Shown in pieces: positions 1 through 12,676 of a stretch of DNA of 64,000 nucleotides. Every line of letters begins with the position of its first letter. Position 1 is the stretch's first letter. A program made the position numbers and the translations under genes. This DNA comes from Octopus sinensis (taxonomy: Eukaryota): the NCBI RefSeq assembly GCF_006345805.1, contig NC_043021.1, forward strand, positions 18,662,001 to 18,726,000, written 5' to 3'. The notes under the pieces were generated by a model. The model made no database searches, was not told where the DNA came from, and was given only the letters and a program-made list of their open reading frames with translations.

Positions 1-6
1 TTATAA

Positions 7-38
<32 letters not shown>

Positions 39-76
39 TATCTATATATTATAAATATATAATATATATATATATA

Positions 77-140
<64 letters not shown>
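1..140. repeat. (TA)n microsatellite; many more throughout (e.g. 5851-5910, 7420-7475, 11650-11720, 12015-12135, 20505-20580, 25270-25325)
   Basis: Direct reading. Confidence 0.95.
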
Positions 141-142
<2 letters not shown>

Positions 143-144
<2 letters not shown>

Positions 145-470
145 GGCCTCCATGCCGGTGGCACGTAAAAAGCACCATCCAATCGTGGCCGTTAGCCAGC
201 CTCGTCTGGCCCCCGTGCCTGTGGCACATAAAAAGCACCATCCGATCGTTGCCGTTTGCCAGCCTCGTCTGGCACCTGTGCAGGTGGCACATAAAAAGCA
301 CCCACTACACTCAAGGAGTGGTTGGCGTTAGGAAGGGCATCCAGCTGTAGAAATGCTGCCAGATCAGACTGGGCCTGGCGCAGCCTTCTGGCTCCCCAGA
401 CCCCAGTTGAACCGTCCAACCCATGCTAGCATGGAAAACAGACGTTAAACGATGATGATGATGATGATGA
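143..470 (+). mobile_element. SINE-like family C with internal 55-63 bp tandem units and (GAT)n tail
   Basis: Conserved GGTTGGCGTTAGGAAGGGCATCCAGCTGTAGAAA and tail CCATGCTAGCATGGAAAGCGGACGTTAAACGATGATG. Other copies at about 14714-15030, 17318-17670(-), 26947-27510, 30225-30440(-), 33960-34465, 34780-35150(-), 37215-37380(-), 42430-42735, 44365-44562, 47695-48400(-), 60290-60520. Confidence 0.8.
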
Positions 471-533
471 TTATATATATATATATATATACACACACAT
501 ATATATATATATAAATATATGTATTTATATATA

Positions 534-571
<38 letters not shown>

Positions 572-699
572 CATGCACAGACACACATATAAATATAAGT
601 ATTATATATATATATATACACACACACATAGTTCTTTGTTGAACTAAAAGACCAGACACCATTACACCATAGCCACAACAACCAGTGCAAATGGCACCT

Positions 700-1020
700 G
701 TTGTTGTTGTTGTTGTTTACAGTAAATGACAAGACAAGTCTCTAGTAGCAGTAGTAGTAGTAGTAGTAGTAGTAGCAGTAGCAGTAGTTGTTGTTGTTAA
801 TTAGTAATTTGCTATTTGAATCATTCAGTGTCCTTACTTTGGTTATCTGTCTTTAGCATTCATTTTTGTTATTGTTGTAGTAGTTGTTAAAGTTAATAGT
901 AGTAGTGGTGGTGGTGTTGGTTGTGGTGGTTAATGTACTGGTTGTCGTAGAGGTGTTGCTAATAGTGGTAGTGGTGGTAGTAGTAGTGATGGTTAATATA
1001 TTGGTTGTTGTGATGATGGT
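700..1020. repeat. mixed trinucleotide simple repeats (GTT, AGT, GGT)
   Basis: Direct reading; explains the poly-Thr pseudo-ORF 853-1233. Confidence 0.85.
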
Positions 1021-3326
1021 TATGACATCTAAAGATTTCCTAGTTGTGTGGTCTCCCTGGTAAAAACAACTTTTACTGGCTCCACTCGCTAAACTGTGGC
1101 CATACTGCAGCACTGCTATCCATGTTTCGGCAGCTTCGGTATTTTTTTTTTTTTCATTTACTCTCCCCAGACGAGGGAACTTTTTCTTGTCTTGCAAATT
1201 ACTTGGTGACCCCACTAGTGCTGGTGCCCCCAAAAAAGAAGCTCCCAGTACATTTTTGTAAAGTGGTTGGCATTAGGAAGAGAATCCGGCTGCCATAACA
1301 GACAATGGAACTTGGCACAGCCCTCTGGTATAACAGCTCTAGTCAAACCCATGCTAACATGGAGAATGGATATTACATGATGATGATAATGATGATGATG
1401 ATGATTAGTTAGATTTGGAGAAGGGGCTGAGCCCTTTGTGGTCTCTGCAGATCCCTTTCCCCCCCCAGACTAGAAGGAGTGATGCTGTTACTATTCCCTC
1501 TTCAACATTTGTAAGTGAACAACTCCAAGAAAAATATGTGCAGAGAGGGACTTCCAGCAGGATGAAAATCCTGAGGAAGAAGGATTGGATGTAGAATCAA
1601 GGGTGGGTATATTAGCTGGAGGTGGCCTGCTCTGAGTGATGCTTTTGTTGGGGTGGTGTTTGTATGTGTGTGTGTGGGGGGTCTTCTGTATGAGCCTGTG
1701 TAAGGGACAACAGGTGCAGGGTGGTGCATTCTCAAGGGCTTCCCTGGGTAGCTGTGTCACTGGGTGGGTATGCTCAGTTATGGGAGATGAGAGGAAGACA
1801 AATGAGAAAGTCAAGGGTAGCCCTTAACCAGCCTTGTCCACTACTAGGACAGTGGCCATCCTAGTAGTGGTCTAAAAAGGCAGGAAGAGGACATAGCGTA
1901 TATGGGTGTGGGGAGTGTAGAGGATGGAGTGTGTTACTGAGTGACTTCACGTGAAATCAGGTGAGTGACCTTTCTCAGGATATGCTCCAGGACAATCAGA
2001 GGCAAGCTCTGGCCCAAGGGCCCTTTCCAAAAGCACACTCAATGAAAAATTACTTTGAAGTTTTTTGGTAACATGGCACTCCTAATTATTAACAGTATCT
2101 CATATGACCTATTTCTCAAAAAAGGGTTTCCCATGCCTGATCTACTGCAGACCATGGGACTTTCTGAATGGACGCCTAACGAAAAGTTACCTCTAACTTT
2201 TGTTGTAGTAGTGTGGCCCAACTGACAATGAACCCTGTCTCATGTGGCTCCCTTTCTGGTAAAAAGCTGTCCGTGTCTGGTCTAGGACGTCAGTGTGTCT
2301 CGGCAAAACAACACCACCATCTCTGATGTGGGAGAAATTCTGTTGTATTCGTATTTATGGAAAAACGAGGACTGATAATATTTGTACTCGCTTCTGTCTC
2401 TTGATGTGAAGTTGGTTATCTGACATCGTATACAACAGACTATTCAAATACTGTTGCAATGTGTGCGCACTCCTTTCATGTACATCACGTTTTGGGGGAT
2501 TGATATTGGAAAGCTGGGGTCGTTTAAACCTGTTGCAGTGTCCAGCTTCAATTCGAGAGAGAGGATTTTGGACTTTTTTTTTCTTTTTACTTGTTTCAGT
2601 CATTTGACTGCGGCCATGCTGGAGCACCATCTTTTTAATCGAGCAACTCGACCCTGGGACTTATTCTTTTGTAAGCCCAGTACTTATTCTATCAGTCTCT
2701 TTTGTCGAACCACTAAGTAACGGGGACATAAACACACCAGCATCGGTTGTCAAGCAATGCTAGGGGGACAAACACACACACGCATATATATATATATATA
2801 TATTATAAATTTATATATATATATACATATATACGACGGGCTTCTTTCAGTTTCCGTCTACCAAATCCACTCACAAGGCTTTGGTCGGCCCGAGGCTATA
2901 GTAGAAGACACTTGCCCAAGATGCCACGCAGTAGGACTGAACCCGGAACCATGTGGTTGGTAAACAAGCTACTTACCACACAGCCACTCCTGATTAATTT
3001 CAGTTATAAAATTCTGTGAGGATGCTCCCTAATCGTACATGCTCGGATGCACACACACACACACATACATAAGTCAAGGGGGCAACTTCTGACCTATGTA
3101 TTCTGCGGCTTGCTTGTCAATAAATTCATACTGTAAGATCCCATTGCGTTGATTTGCCCAGGGATCCATAATGCTGCCAAAACCGATCCTACACACACAC
3201 ACACGGATATATACATATACTCGTCCCAATACAAATTTCTGCTCCTTGTACTGCTATATTACTGAAACGTTAAGACACCGTTTTATGTATCCATTATTTC
3301 TGACAATTCCCCTTACCAAAGAATAT

Positions 3327-3908
3327 TTGGCGTAACTTCGGTATAAGTACCAGAAACATTTCAAGAAAGTGTTTTTTTTTTATATATGGGGGGTTAGGGT
3401 TAGTGTTAGGGGTGGGAGAAAAGGGTTTCTGTTATCTTCAGAAATGTAAAGAAAGTCACGTGTGGGATCTTTTCGGTTTGAACGGCAGTTTTTTAAAAAT
3501 AATTTCCGCGTAACTAAACACTTTTAAACTTCGTATACTGGTAGAATGTGTTTATAAAACATCTTTTTCTCTTGGATTTATTCAGAAAATTCTATAGTTT
3601 GTAAGATATTTGTTGTCTTTTTTCTTCAATTTCTGAAATTTCAACCAATCAGTGACGTCTATTGAGGTAAAAAAACATTCTATGCCGTATGAATATGTCC
3701 TTCGTTTAAGAAACAGATTGGGTTTATTTACATTTGTGAAGAAAAAAGATACCCTTCCCCCCACCCCTAACCCTAAAACCGATTGAAATGCAATAGATCG
3801 ATACAAGAGTCATAATTATGGGTGGCAATTTAATATGACACCGCAAGAAAAAACTGCCGTTCAAACCGAAAAGATCCCACGTGTGTACTTATACCGAAGG
3901 ATCGCCAA
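3327..3908. mobile_element. MITE with a second MITE nested inside (inner 3464-3878, GGGATC...GATCCC)
   Basis: Outer TIR TTGGCGnnnCTTCGGTATAAGTAC. Inner TIR of about 31 bp GGGATCTTTTCGGTTTGAACGGCAGTTTTTT. The empty-site version of the outer element is at about 13523-13576. Confidence 0.75.
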
Positions 3909-4769
3909 TTATTAAAAGTATATGGTGCTGTACAACGTATACAGTATAATATTTATATGAAAAATGTTTATAAGAAAAATAAAGGAACTGAGTTTATTTA
4001 ACAGATATTGTTATAAATAAATACATTTCTAAAGCAATAAATGTTTAATCATTTTCAGAGCACGTAAAAATATAGAAAAAAGACTATATATGTCGTATAT
4101 AAATTAACTTAAATAAACAAGGTGTTTTATTCAATGCAGGGTACAATATATTGCGTAATATTGCATAGTATTCCCGGATTTTGGGGAGCCGGATAAGAGA
4201 TCCGGTACTGTATATGTATAGATATATATCTAGAGAGAGAGAGGGCTATGTTGTGCTGTAGGGAGGGGCACAACAACTGTTCTATGTATCTCAGTCTCTT
4301 CCGACGACTAAAATGAACAAGATTCCATGTAAAGAACCGCCCCGAAGGTGGATGTGAAACACGAAACGGGTGGAAATTGCCGGAAAAAAAATCAAACAAC
4401 TGTTATAACCGGTGAATAAAAAAAAAAATACTCAAGCGGGAGTTTGCTCCCCTTGCAACGATACCTGTTACTACGGCAAATGATAGAAGCACCTTTCATG
4501 CTAAGCATGGGACAAGATGCGGCCCGCGAGGCTATCTGAATGATACACCAACGTAAAGTTGTTTTGAATTTTTCTAGTTGTGCGGCCCGCTTCTGAAAAA
4601 AAAAAAGGGTTACAGATGCCTGCTTTATGATACAATTGTTGTTTAATAGTGGGACCAACCCGATGCTTATGTGATACGCTTCTCAAAAAAAGAAAAGAAA
4701 ATAGTTGCCCATGCTCTCTGCTGTAGCTCGACTCTGAGAAACAGTAGCTAAGTGTCCGTCATGTCAAAC

Positions 4770-5847
4770 CCATTACGACAGCCATCATAGATTTAAACTA
4801 GGAAGAAATGCATTGAATAAACAGCATAGCTACAATTGCAGATTTGCTTCGTGCCGGAGTTGCAATTAGACGTATTGCTGAGACTGTCGGGGCACTGTCT
4901 ACAATGATTAGAACCGAATGCTGGATATGGGAAAGCAAGGAAGTGGAGGCATAAATAATAATAAAAAAAGCTGAATAATGCATTTCTTAAATGTCTCAAA
5001 GCCAAAATTTCGAAAGACCCAACAGCATCCGAGAGAAAACTGTCCATGGACATGAAGTTGATCCAAAGGCCATCAGAAATGCTGTACACACTGATTTACA
5101 GTTGAGGGTCATACGTGAGGACCCCGAGACACATATTGACCCATGCAATGAAAGTTGGAAGGCATGAAAGAGCCAAAAAAGTGTTGCGATACCTGAAGCA
5201 CAATGAACAAACCGTTGAAATCTTTTCCGATGACAAAATCATTACCGTTGATGCTATTTTATATTGCTAAGTCACCTTCTGAAGGAAAGGGCGTCTTTAG
5301 GACCAAGTACCCAACTCAAGTCATGGTACTCGGAGTCGTGGTGTCTGACGGAAAAAAGATGCCTCTCCGTTTTTTCAAGTCTGGGGGAAAGGTGGGGGGC
5401 TAAAGTTTATTATAAGGTCCTGCGGTATAAGGTTTTGTCTTGGCTGAAGTCTGACTAACCCAACGGTAATAGTGTGGCGACCCAAGATGGTGTTCCTGCT
5501 CATACGGCGAAACAAGTGCAGAAATTCTGTGAAGATAACTTCACTGACTTTTGGCCTGCCAACTTCTGGCATTCTTCCAGCCCTGGCTTGAACCCCCTGG
5601 ACTATGCATCTTAAGCAAGTCCTGATGGAAGAGTGGAACATGTCTGAGTACTTCATCATGAAGAGGTGTGGTGCCTTCAGGCAGCGTGTAAAGGCTGTAG
5701 TGGACAATGAAGGCGGACATATTGAATAAATTGTCTCTATACCCCTACAAACTTGTGTTAAAATTATATTTATGTCAGTTTGCTGGTTGTTGTAAAATAA
5801 ACAATTTGGTGAATTATCTATTACTTTCCAAGTTTTGCTTCCCCTCC

Positions 5848-5850
<3 letters not shown>
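4770..5850 (+). mobile_element. Tc1/mariner-superfamily transposon relic, DD37D (maT) type
   Basis: Frameshifted transposase: IFSDDK, VMVLGVV..DGKKMP, QDGVPAH...SSSPGLNPLDY with 37 residues between the 2nd and 3rd Asp. Right end ...CCCTG|TA at 5850; left TIR uncertain. Confidence 0.82.
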
Positions 5851-5915
<65 letters not shown>

Positions 5916-6751
5916 GTTCTTTCATCTCTGAATTTCACAGGAACGAAGAGGGATGAGGCATTAGACTTTCGATTCGTAACTAGACAATGCAAGGGAGACA
6001 ATTCCCAAATCCAAATTTATTAAAACTTGGGCAGACGTACGCTGTATCTCGCTGTCGATTTTGTTACCTCACAACTTTTAGAAAGAGGGGAACTTTTTTA
6101 ATGACATTTTCTACGAATATCTTACACATGGTATATATACCGACGAAAATAAAGAATGCGTAATGCGTACAGCTGGTGTTTAGAGTTAGGGTTAGGGGTT
6201 TTGTTACGCCGAAAACGGGTGGTGTACGTATTCTTTACCACCACCCAGATTCCTCAGTGTGTTTGTGCTTGCAGCCGCCTATTTCTTTTTTTAACATTGC
6301 AAAAATTTCAAGATTCATTTTGTAGAGATACATTTGATGTGTGTCATTATGTATGCCTAGGCACACGCACCAATTTGCATTTCTTTTCTTTTTCTTTCTT
6401 TTTTTTTTTTTTGCATTGGCATGGCTATGTGATAAGAAGTTTGTTTCCTAGCCACGTAATTCGGGGTTCAATCCCACGGCGTGGAACCTTGAACAAGTGT
6501 CTTCTACTATAGCCTCAGGCCGACCAAAGTCTAAAGAGTAAGTTTGGTAGACGGAAACTGAAAGAAGCCCATCGTATACATATCTCTATTTATGTGTGTG
6601 TATCTTTGTGTCTGTGTTTGTCCTCAACCACCGCTCGACAACTGGTGTTGGCGTGTTTACGTCCCCGTATCCTAGCTGTTCGGTGAAAGAGATTAACAGA
6701 AAGATAAGCAGGCTTAAAACAAAACATAACTACCAGAGTCGATTCATTCGA

Positions 6752-7046
6752 CGGATCTTTTCTTTTTGATGAACGGAATTTTCTAGTTAACTAAACAATT
6801 TGAAACTTCGTATACTGGTAGAATGTGTCAAAAGAAAACATTATTGTAAACAAAATTGAAAACAAAATTGTAATTTGTAAGTTTAATGTAGTTTAATTCT
6901 TCGAATTTTAACCAATGAAATCCCATACAATTTTGTTTTCAATTTTGTTTACAATAATGTTTTCTTTTGACACATTCTACCAGTATACGAAGTTTTAAAT
7001 TTTTTAGTTAACTAGAAAATTCCGTCCATCAAAAAGAAAAGATCCG
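6752..7046. repeat. inverted repeat, 120-bp arms, 55-bp spacer (relative of the GGGATC MITE family)
   Basis: 6752-6871 vs 6927-7046 near-perfect reverse complements; shares AAACTTCGTATACTGGTAGAATGTGT with 3527-3552. Confidence 0.8.
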
Positions 7047-7416
7047 AAATTTGCTCAAACATAATTTCTGATACACATCACATAACGTTTTCAAGATTTC
7101 AAGCTTTACTTTGTGTGCGTGTGTATAAAGAAGAAAAGAAACTAGAGAGATGATTAATAATTATTTATTAATTAAAAAATTAGACATCATCTTTGACAGC
7201 TGTTTCGATTCCAGACCTATAGAAATTAATTACCATAATTAAAACCATTTAAAAGTTGAATATCTTAAGAGCTGGCTAAAGATACACAATCAGATGTTCA
7301 TATTCATGTTTGTTGAGTATACGACTCATGTTTGTTGAGTATACGACTCCAAACCGTTAACTGATAAAATTTATATATAAAGAACATGGTACAAACTTTA
7401 CAAAGGGAGGAAGGTA

Positions 7417-7475
<59 letters not shown>

Positions 7476-7741
7476 TAATTAATAAATAATTATTAATTAT
7501 CTCTCTATTTTCTTATCTTCTTAAAATATATATAAATCACGGTTTATCTAGTTACCTTATAGTTGAATATTAATCAACACATTTTAAATAGGTAACTAAC
7601 CAGTATTTTCATTGGATTTTATCATCCCTTATTCAGTCGCTGTCTAATGATTGAAACAAGTAAATGATATATATATATATATGGGGAGAATTCACAAAAA
7701 ATAAACAAAGACGAAGACAGGTGGTGTGGCAAAAAAAAAAA

Positions 7742-10700
7742 AAAATGGAGGGGATCAAGAGGTGGGATTCATCAACTTTTAGATATTATAATATGTCTAT
7801 TTATTTATTAAAAAAACACAATTATAACCATATTTTATACATGTATAATATATTTAAGCTTTACATATGTAAAAAATACCAGTAATTATTAATATATATA
7901 ACGTAGAACATAGAAACTATTCTACTTTCTATGTTCTATGTTATAAATTTTAATAATTACTGGTATTTTTATATATTTTTGTTTTTTAGTTTCAGCTCAG
8001 AGTTGCAGCCATGCTGATGCACCGCCGTTTTGTGCTACACTGTTATTACTAAGAGCCTCCTCTAATATGTGGCACCTGATAAAGAATGGAGTTTGATATA
8101 GCTACCCTCATTTGTACCTCTTGCCGTGAGGTAGGTTCATCTGGGACTCTCGACAGGAAGATGTCCAGCTTTGATTTAAAAACCGCTACATCTACTTTGT
8201 GCAAGTTCCTCAGACTCTTTGGGAGAATATTAAAAAGCTGTGGGCCCTTGAAACCCAGGCTGTTGCAGTAGCTGGTCCTGAAGCGTGATGGCATTACTGG
8301 GATCTTTGGCACTATGCAGTGTCGTCCTGTTCTAGCATTGGTGTAGCTTTCAATGCCAAAATTTGGCACAATTCCTTCCAGGATCTTCCAGATATATATT
8401 ACTGCATACCTCTCCCTTCTTCTCTCCAGTTAGTAGAGTCTTAGCTGTTTCAACCTTTCCCAGTAGCTGAGCTGTTGCAAAGAGTCGATCTTCTTTGTGA
8501 ATCTTCTCTTGATTGCTTCAAGGTCCGCTGTTAATTTCACACTGGTGGGTGACCATAGTTGTGAGCAGTAATCCAGGCGGCTGAGGACGAATGTCCGCCA
8601 GAGGTCCATCATGGTTTCCTTATCTCTGGTTCTGAATGTTCTCAGGATCCATCCAGCCAGTTGTCTGCACTTTGTCGCCATCCTGGTAATGTGCACTTGG
8701 AAAGAGGTATCATCACTCATGTCGATACCCAGGTCCCTCACAGACTTAGGCTCTGGGATTGAAATTCCCTGTGGACCGGTGTACCCTGTAAGTTTAATAT
8801 TCAGTTTTGGATGCTGGTAGCGCAAGGCCTGGAATTTTTCAGCATTAAACTGCATATTATTATACTCAGCCCATCTGTAGATTGAGTCCAACTCCTGCTG
8901 CAGGTGTGCAACAACGCTGGGGTTCTGTATTTTCTGCGAGACTTTCGTATCATCTGCATAGCTTGCATGAGTGGCTATCCGGGCATTTGAGGGCATATCT
9001 GAGAGGGCCACTATAAAAAGCAGTGGTCCCAAGACAGTGCCCTGTGGAACACCGCTCACTATTTGTGTGTTCATACAGGTGGCTCCATTAACCACTACTG
9101 CCTGACTCCTATCTTTCAGGAAGTCATGTAACCACACTCCAAGTTTTTCAGCTATGCCGAGGTCACGCAGTTTGTGGCATATCATACCATGATCCACCTT
9201 GTCAAAAGCTTTTGCAAAATCAAGGTATATTACGTCCACATTTGACTTGTTGAGTAACTGCCTCAACACCCAGTCATAATGTTGTAAGAGCTGGATCAGG
9301 CAGCTTCTACCCGGTCGAAAACCATGCTGGGTATCACTCAGAAAGTTATTTTTCTCAAGGAATGCGATTAGTTTTCCCTCTGACTATCTGTTCCATGACT
9401 TTGCTGATGTGTGAAGTCAGAGAGATAGGCCTATAGCTTTTGGCATCTGCTCTTTATGTATTGGGCATATTATTCCCTCCTTCAGCTTTCTTGGTAGTTT
9501 GCCATTTGTACGAAAACTCTTGAAGAGAATCTTGAGGGGTTTTGCCAGGGCATGCTTACACGCTTTGAGAAGGATTGCTGGGAAACCATCAGGACCGGCA
9601 GTTGAGTTTATGTCCACTTCATCTATGGCTAGTAATATATCTTCTTCGCTAATGTCAATGTATTCCATTGTAACTGTCTCGCTGGTTATAGGTGAGGCGG
9701 CAAAGAAGTCCACTGGTTCGTTCACTTGTCTGTGTTCCAACGAGGTGGTAAAGGCACTTTTGAACTGGTCATTCAGTATCTCACTGATCTTAGTTGGACT
9801 GTCTATGAGGGAGCCATCCTTTTGGAGGAGGGGTCCTATCTTGTAGTGTACTGAGGCTGTTTCTTTCGCGTAACGAAAGAAGGCCTTTGGGTTTGATTTA
9901 ATGTTTTTTATAACCCTGGCTTCTTTGTCTGCTTTCTCCTTTACATAGGATTGTTGCAGCCTTTTTTTCGATCTCCATCAGTGTTGTTTTTAGGCGGGAC
10001 GTTTTGCTACTTTTGGAATGTTGGTTGAGTCGATTTGCAACCTTCGTCCGTTATCTCATGAGGATCTTGCTCCTATTTGTTTTGGCCTTGTGCTCTGGGA
10101 CATATTTCTGGCATATGGCTGGCACAGAAGACATGAAACATTCTAAATTCATGTCAATGTCTGGTGTGGAGAGACATTCCGGCCAGTCCTCTCTGAGGAT
10201 CTCTTTTTGGATCGATTTCCAATCTGCTTTGTGGAAGTTCAGATTGGAGAGTTTTCGGGTGCTTCCTTTAGGCTGTATGTCTCTGGTTAATTTCGGCCCA
10301 AACATAGACAGCTCTATTATGTTATGATCCGAGACTAATGTCGGTGTCACTTTCACATCATGAATGATGTCCATATTGTTCGTGAAGCAGAGATCCAAAA
10401 TGTTATTCACCCTAGTTGGTCTGAGTACAACTTGCTCCATGAATAGGGCTTTGGTGAGGTTGAGCAGGGATTCCACCTGTGCTTGCTTACAATGAGTCAT
10501 TCCTGAGAGTATGAGACCTTCGGGCCATTTGACGTTGGGGAAGTTGAAATCACCCATAAGAAATATGGTCATGTGGTGTTCCAGATTCATGAGGATTTCG
10601 TTAATTCTTGTGAAGCATCTTCAAACTTGCCTATATGGTTTGGAGCATCCGGTGGACAATATGTATTGCATATGACTATATTTTGTTGTTTTATGTATAC

Positions 10701-11436
10701 AATTAGAGTGTCACATACCGAATTTGAGTATGACAGTAAGACCTGGGGTGCGAGGTCATCACGGATGTATACAGCAACTCCACCATGGCTCCTTTTTCTT
10801 CTGTCTGTTCGCAGTATGACATAGTTTGGTATGTGTACTTCTGCGTCCTCTATATCAGGGCTGAGGTGAGTTTCCACGAGTGCTATGCATAGGGCTTGAT
10901 TGCATGCAGTAAGATCTCTCAGGAAAGAAATTTTGTTTCTATTTTGATGCAACATGCCCCCAATATTTAGTAAAAGTATTGGGGTGACGGCTGTGCAGGC
11001 GTTAGGAGAGGCCATCCCGTGTTTGTTGACTGGTGGTCTTGAATAGTGGTGGGCAGGGTTCCTTCTTTGTACTTGGTGTAGCCAGGTTAGCTGCTGGACA
11101 ATCCTTTGTGCCATGCACAAAAAAGACTCTTGCTCAGCTGCTGCGTTGCGCAGAACATCTGAGGAGCACACTTCTTTTCTGAATGTTTTCCTGGGAGACC
11201 TTTCTTGTCTTTCCCCAGTAAAGCTTTTCTCTTTAAGGCTCCTGAAGTTCTGGCGGGGTGTCGGGTGGGCAAACCGGCAGTTTTTGCCGTCCTCCCCATG
11301 CCAAATAATATATTATGTAAAGCACAATATATTATACATGTATAAAATATGGTTATAGTTGTTTTTTAAATAAATAAATAGACATAATATAATGTCTAAA
11401 AGTTGATGAATACCACCCCTTGACCCCCTCCATTTT
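7742..11436. mobile_element. foldback / long-TIR non-autonomous element split by the LINE
   Basis: 7742-7867 is the reverse complement of 11314-11436; internal palindrome at about 7874-7969. Confidence 0.75.
7983..11303 (-). mobile_element. CR1-group LINE, 5'-truncated and degenerate (ORF1 CCCH-finger remnant, APE endonuclease, RT)
   Basis: APE motifs ETHL, GGVAVYI, GDFNFP, NNILDLCFTN, SDHNII. RT motifs GPDG, YLDFAKAFDKV, GVPQGTVLGPLLF, YADD, DLGI. C-terminus GPQLFNILP..LRN. GKNCRFAHP at about 11265-11295. Broken by frameshifts and stops; short 3' UTR ending in an A-rich tail. Confidence 0.92.
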
Positions 11437-11649
11437 CTTACTGCCGTATAAATTAAGGGTAAAACAACTTTTTACCCTCACTCATATATTACATTCAGTA
11501 GTGTAATTGACACGCAAAGAAGAAAAAAAGCACTTGCGTATTAATAATTGGGTATTGTAGCAGCAGTATATTGGATAGACATTATCCCTTAGTTGGTTGG
11601 ATTCACAACCTCTCTCTTGGAATTAAATATATATGTATATATGTATATG

Positions 11650-11720
<71 letters not shown>

Positions 11721-12055
11721 CTTTCACTTGTTTCAGTCATTAGACTGCGGCCATCCCGAGGCATCGCCTTGAATTTTTAGTTGAATGAATCGACCCTATA
11801 CTTATTTTTAAGCCTGCAGTTCGGCAAAAAGAAACCGACAAAATTTGTCGGTTTCTTTTTGCCGAACTGCCAAGTTACGGGGACGCAAGCACACCAACAC
11901 ACGTTGTCAAGCGGTGGTGAGGGACAAACACAGACACAAAGACACACACACTCACACACTCACACACATTCACGCGCGCACACACTCACACATTCATACA
12001 CACACACATATATGGATATATATATATATATATAATATATATATATATAATATAT

Positions 12056-12137
<82 letters not shown>

Positions 12138-12613
12138 CGATAGGCTTCTTTCAGTTTCCGTCTACAAAATCCAGTCACAAGGCTTTGGTCGGCCAGAGGT
12201 TATAGTAGACGACACTTACCCAAGGTGCCGCGCAGTGGGACTGAACATGGAACCATGTGGCAGGGAAGCAAGCTTCTCACCACTCAGCCATATATGATCT
12301 GTACGAACCCATCAATTTAATTTTTTTTAATTTTTTTTCACGTGGAATTCCAATATAATTTTTACCGTGATGGTGTCAGCCTATCTGGTGACGTTGATGA
12401 TCGCCTGGGGCTAAATGCATCAGTAACACCCCCACCGCCCTGCCCTGTCCCTAGCCACATTCAAATGGCTAATGTCCCTTATCCAATATAATTGTAAGCT
12501 ACAAAAACCGGAAAGGTGTTTGTAGGAAATTTCCTTAAAAAGATACCCATTTTTCAAAAAGTTATGAAGAAACAAAGTCAGTGTAGGAAGTTGACTGGTT
12601 AGGGTATGCCTTA

Positions 12614-12676
12614 TGATTGATTGATTGATTGATTCTAGTTTCAGCTCAGGAGCTGTGGCCATGCTGGGGCACCGCC
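12614..12676 (-). mobile_element. isolated 3' tail of the CR1-group LINE with (CAAT)n tail
   Basis: GGCGGTGCCCCAGCATGGCCACAGCTCCTGAGCTGAAACTAG, homologous to the LINE end at 7988-8026. Confidence 0.7.

Noticed and set aside
143-330. CRISPR-like repeat-spacer pattern (palindromic GTGCCGGTGGCAC core every 55-63 bp; also 14714, 17480, 26950, 33960, 42430)
   Set aside because: The spacers are homologous to one another, the arrays are part of a dispersed retroposon with a (GAT)n tail, there are no cas genes, and the DNA is eukaryotic.
311-1233. ORFs rich in YI/HT/T runs (and all similar ORFs in the track)
   Set aside because: Translations of (TA)n, (CA)n and trinucleotide microsatellites.
3390-3412. 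TTAGGG-like repeats (also 3765-3777, 6181-6198)
   Set aside because: Only 2-3 degenerate units, internal to MITEs; not an interstitial telomere.
7190-7235. Second hammerhead candidate (GAAACAGCTGTC on minus); similar at 49750-49785 (CTGATGA core)
   Set aside because: Each lacks the other half of the catalytic core (no CUGANGA, or CAAA instead of GAAA) and stem I does not pair. At most decayed relics.
8049-11171. LINE as an active autonomous element
   Set aside because: ORF2 is split over at least five frames or stops and ORF1 is truncated.
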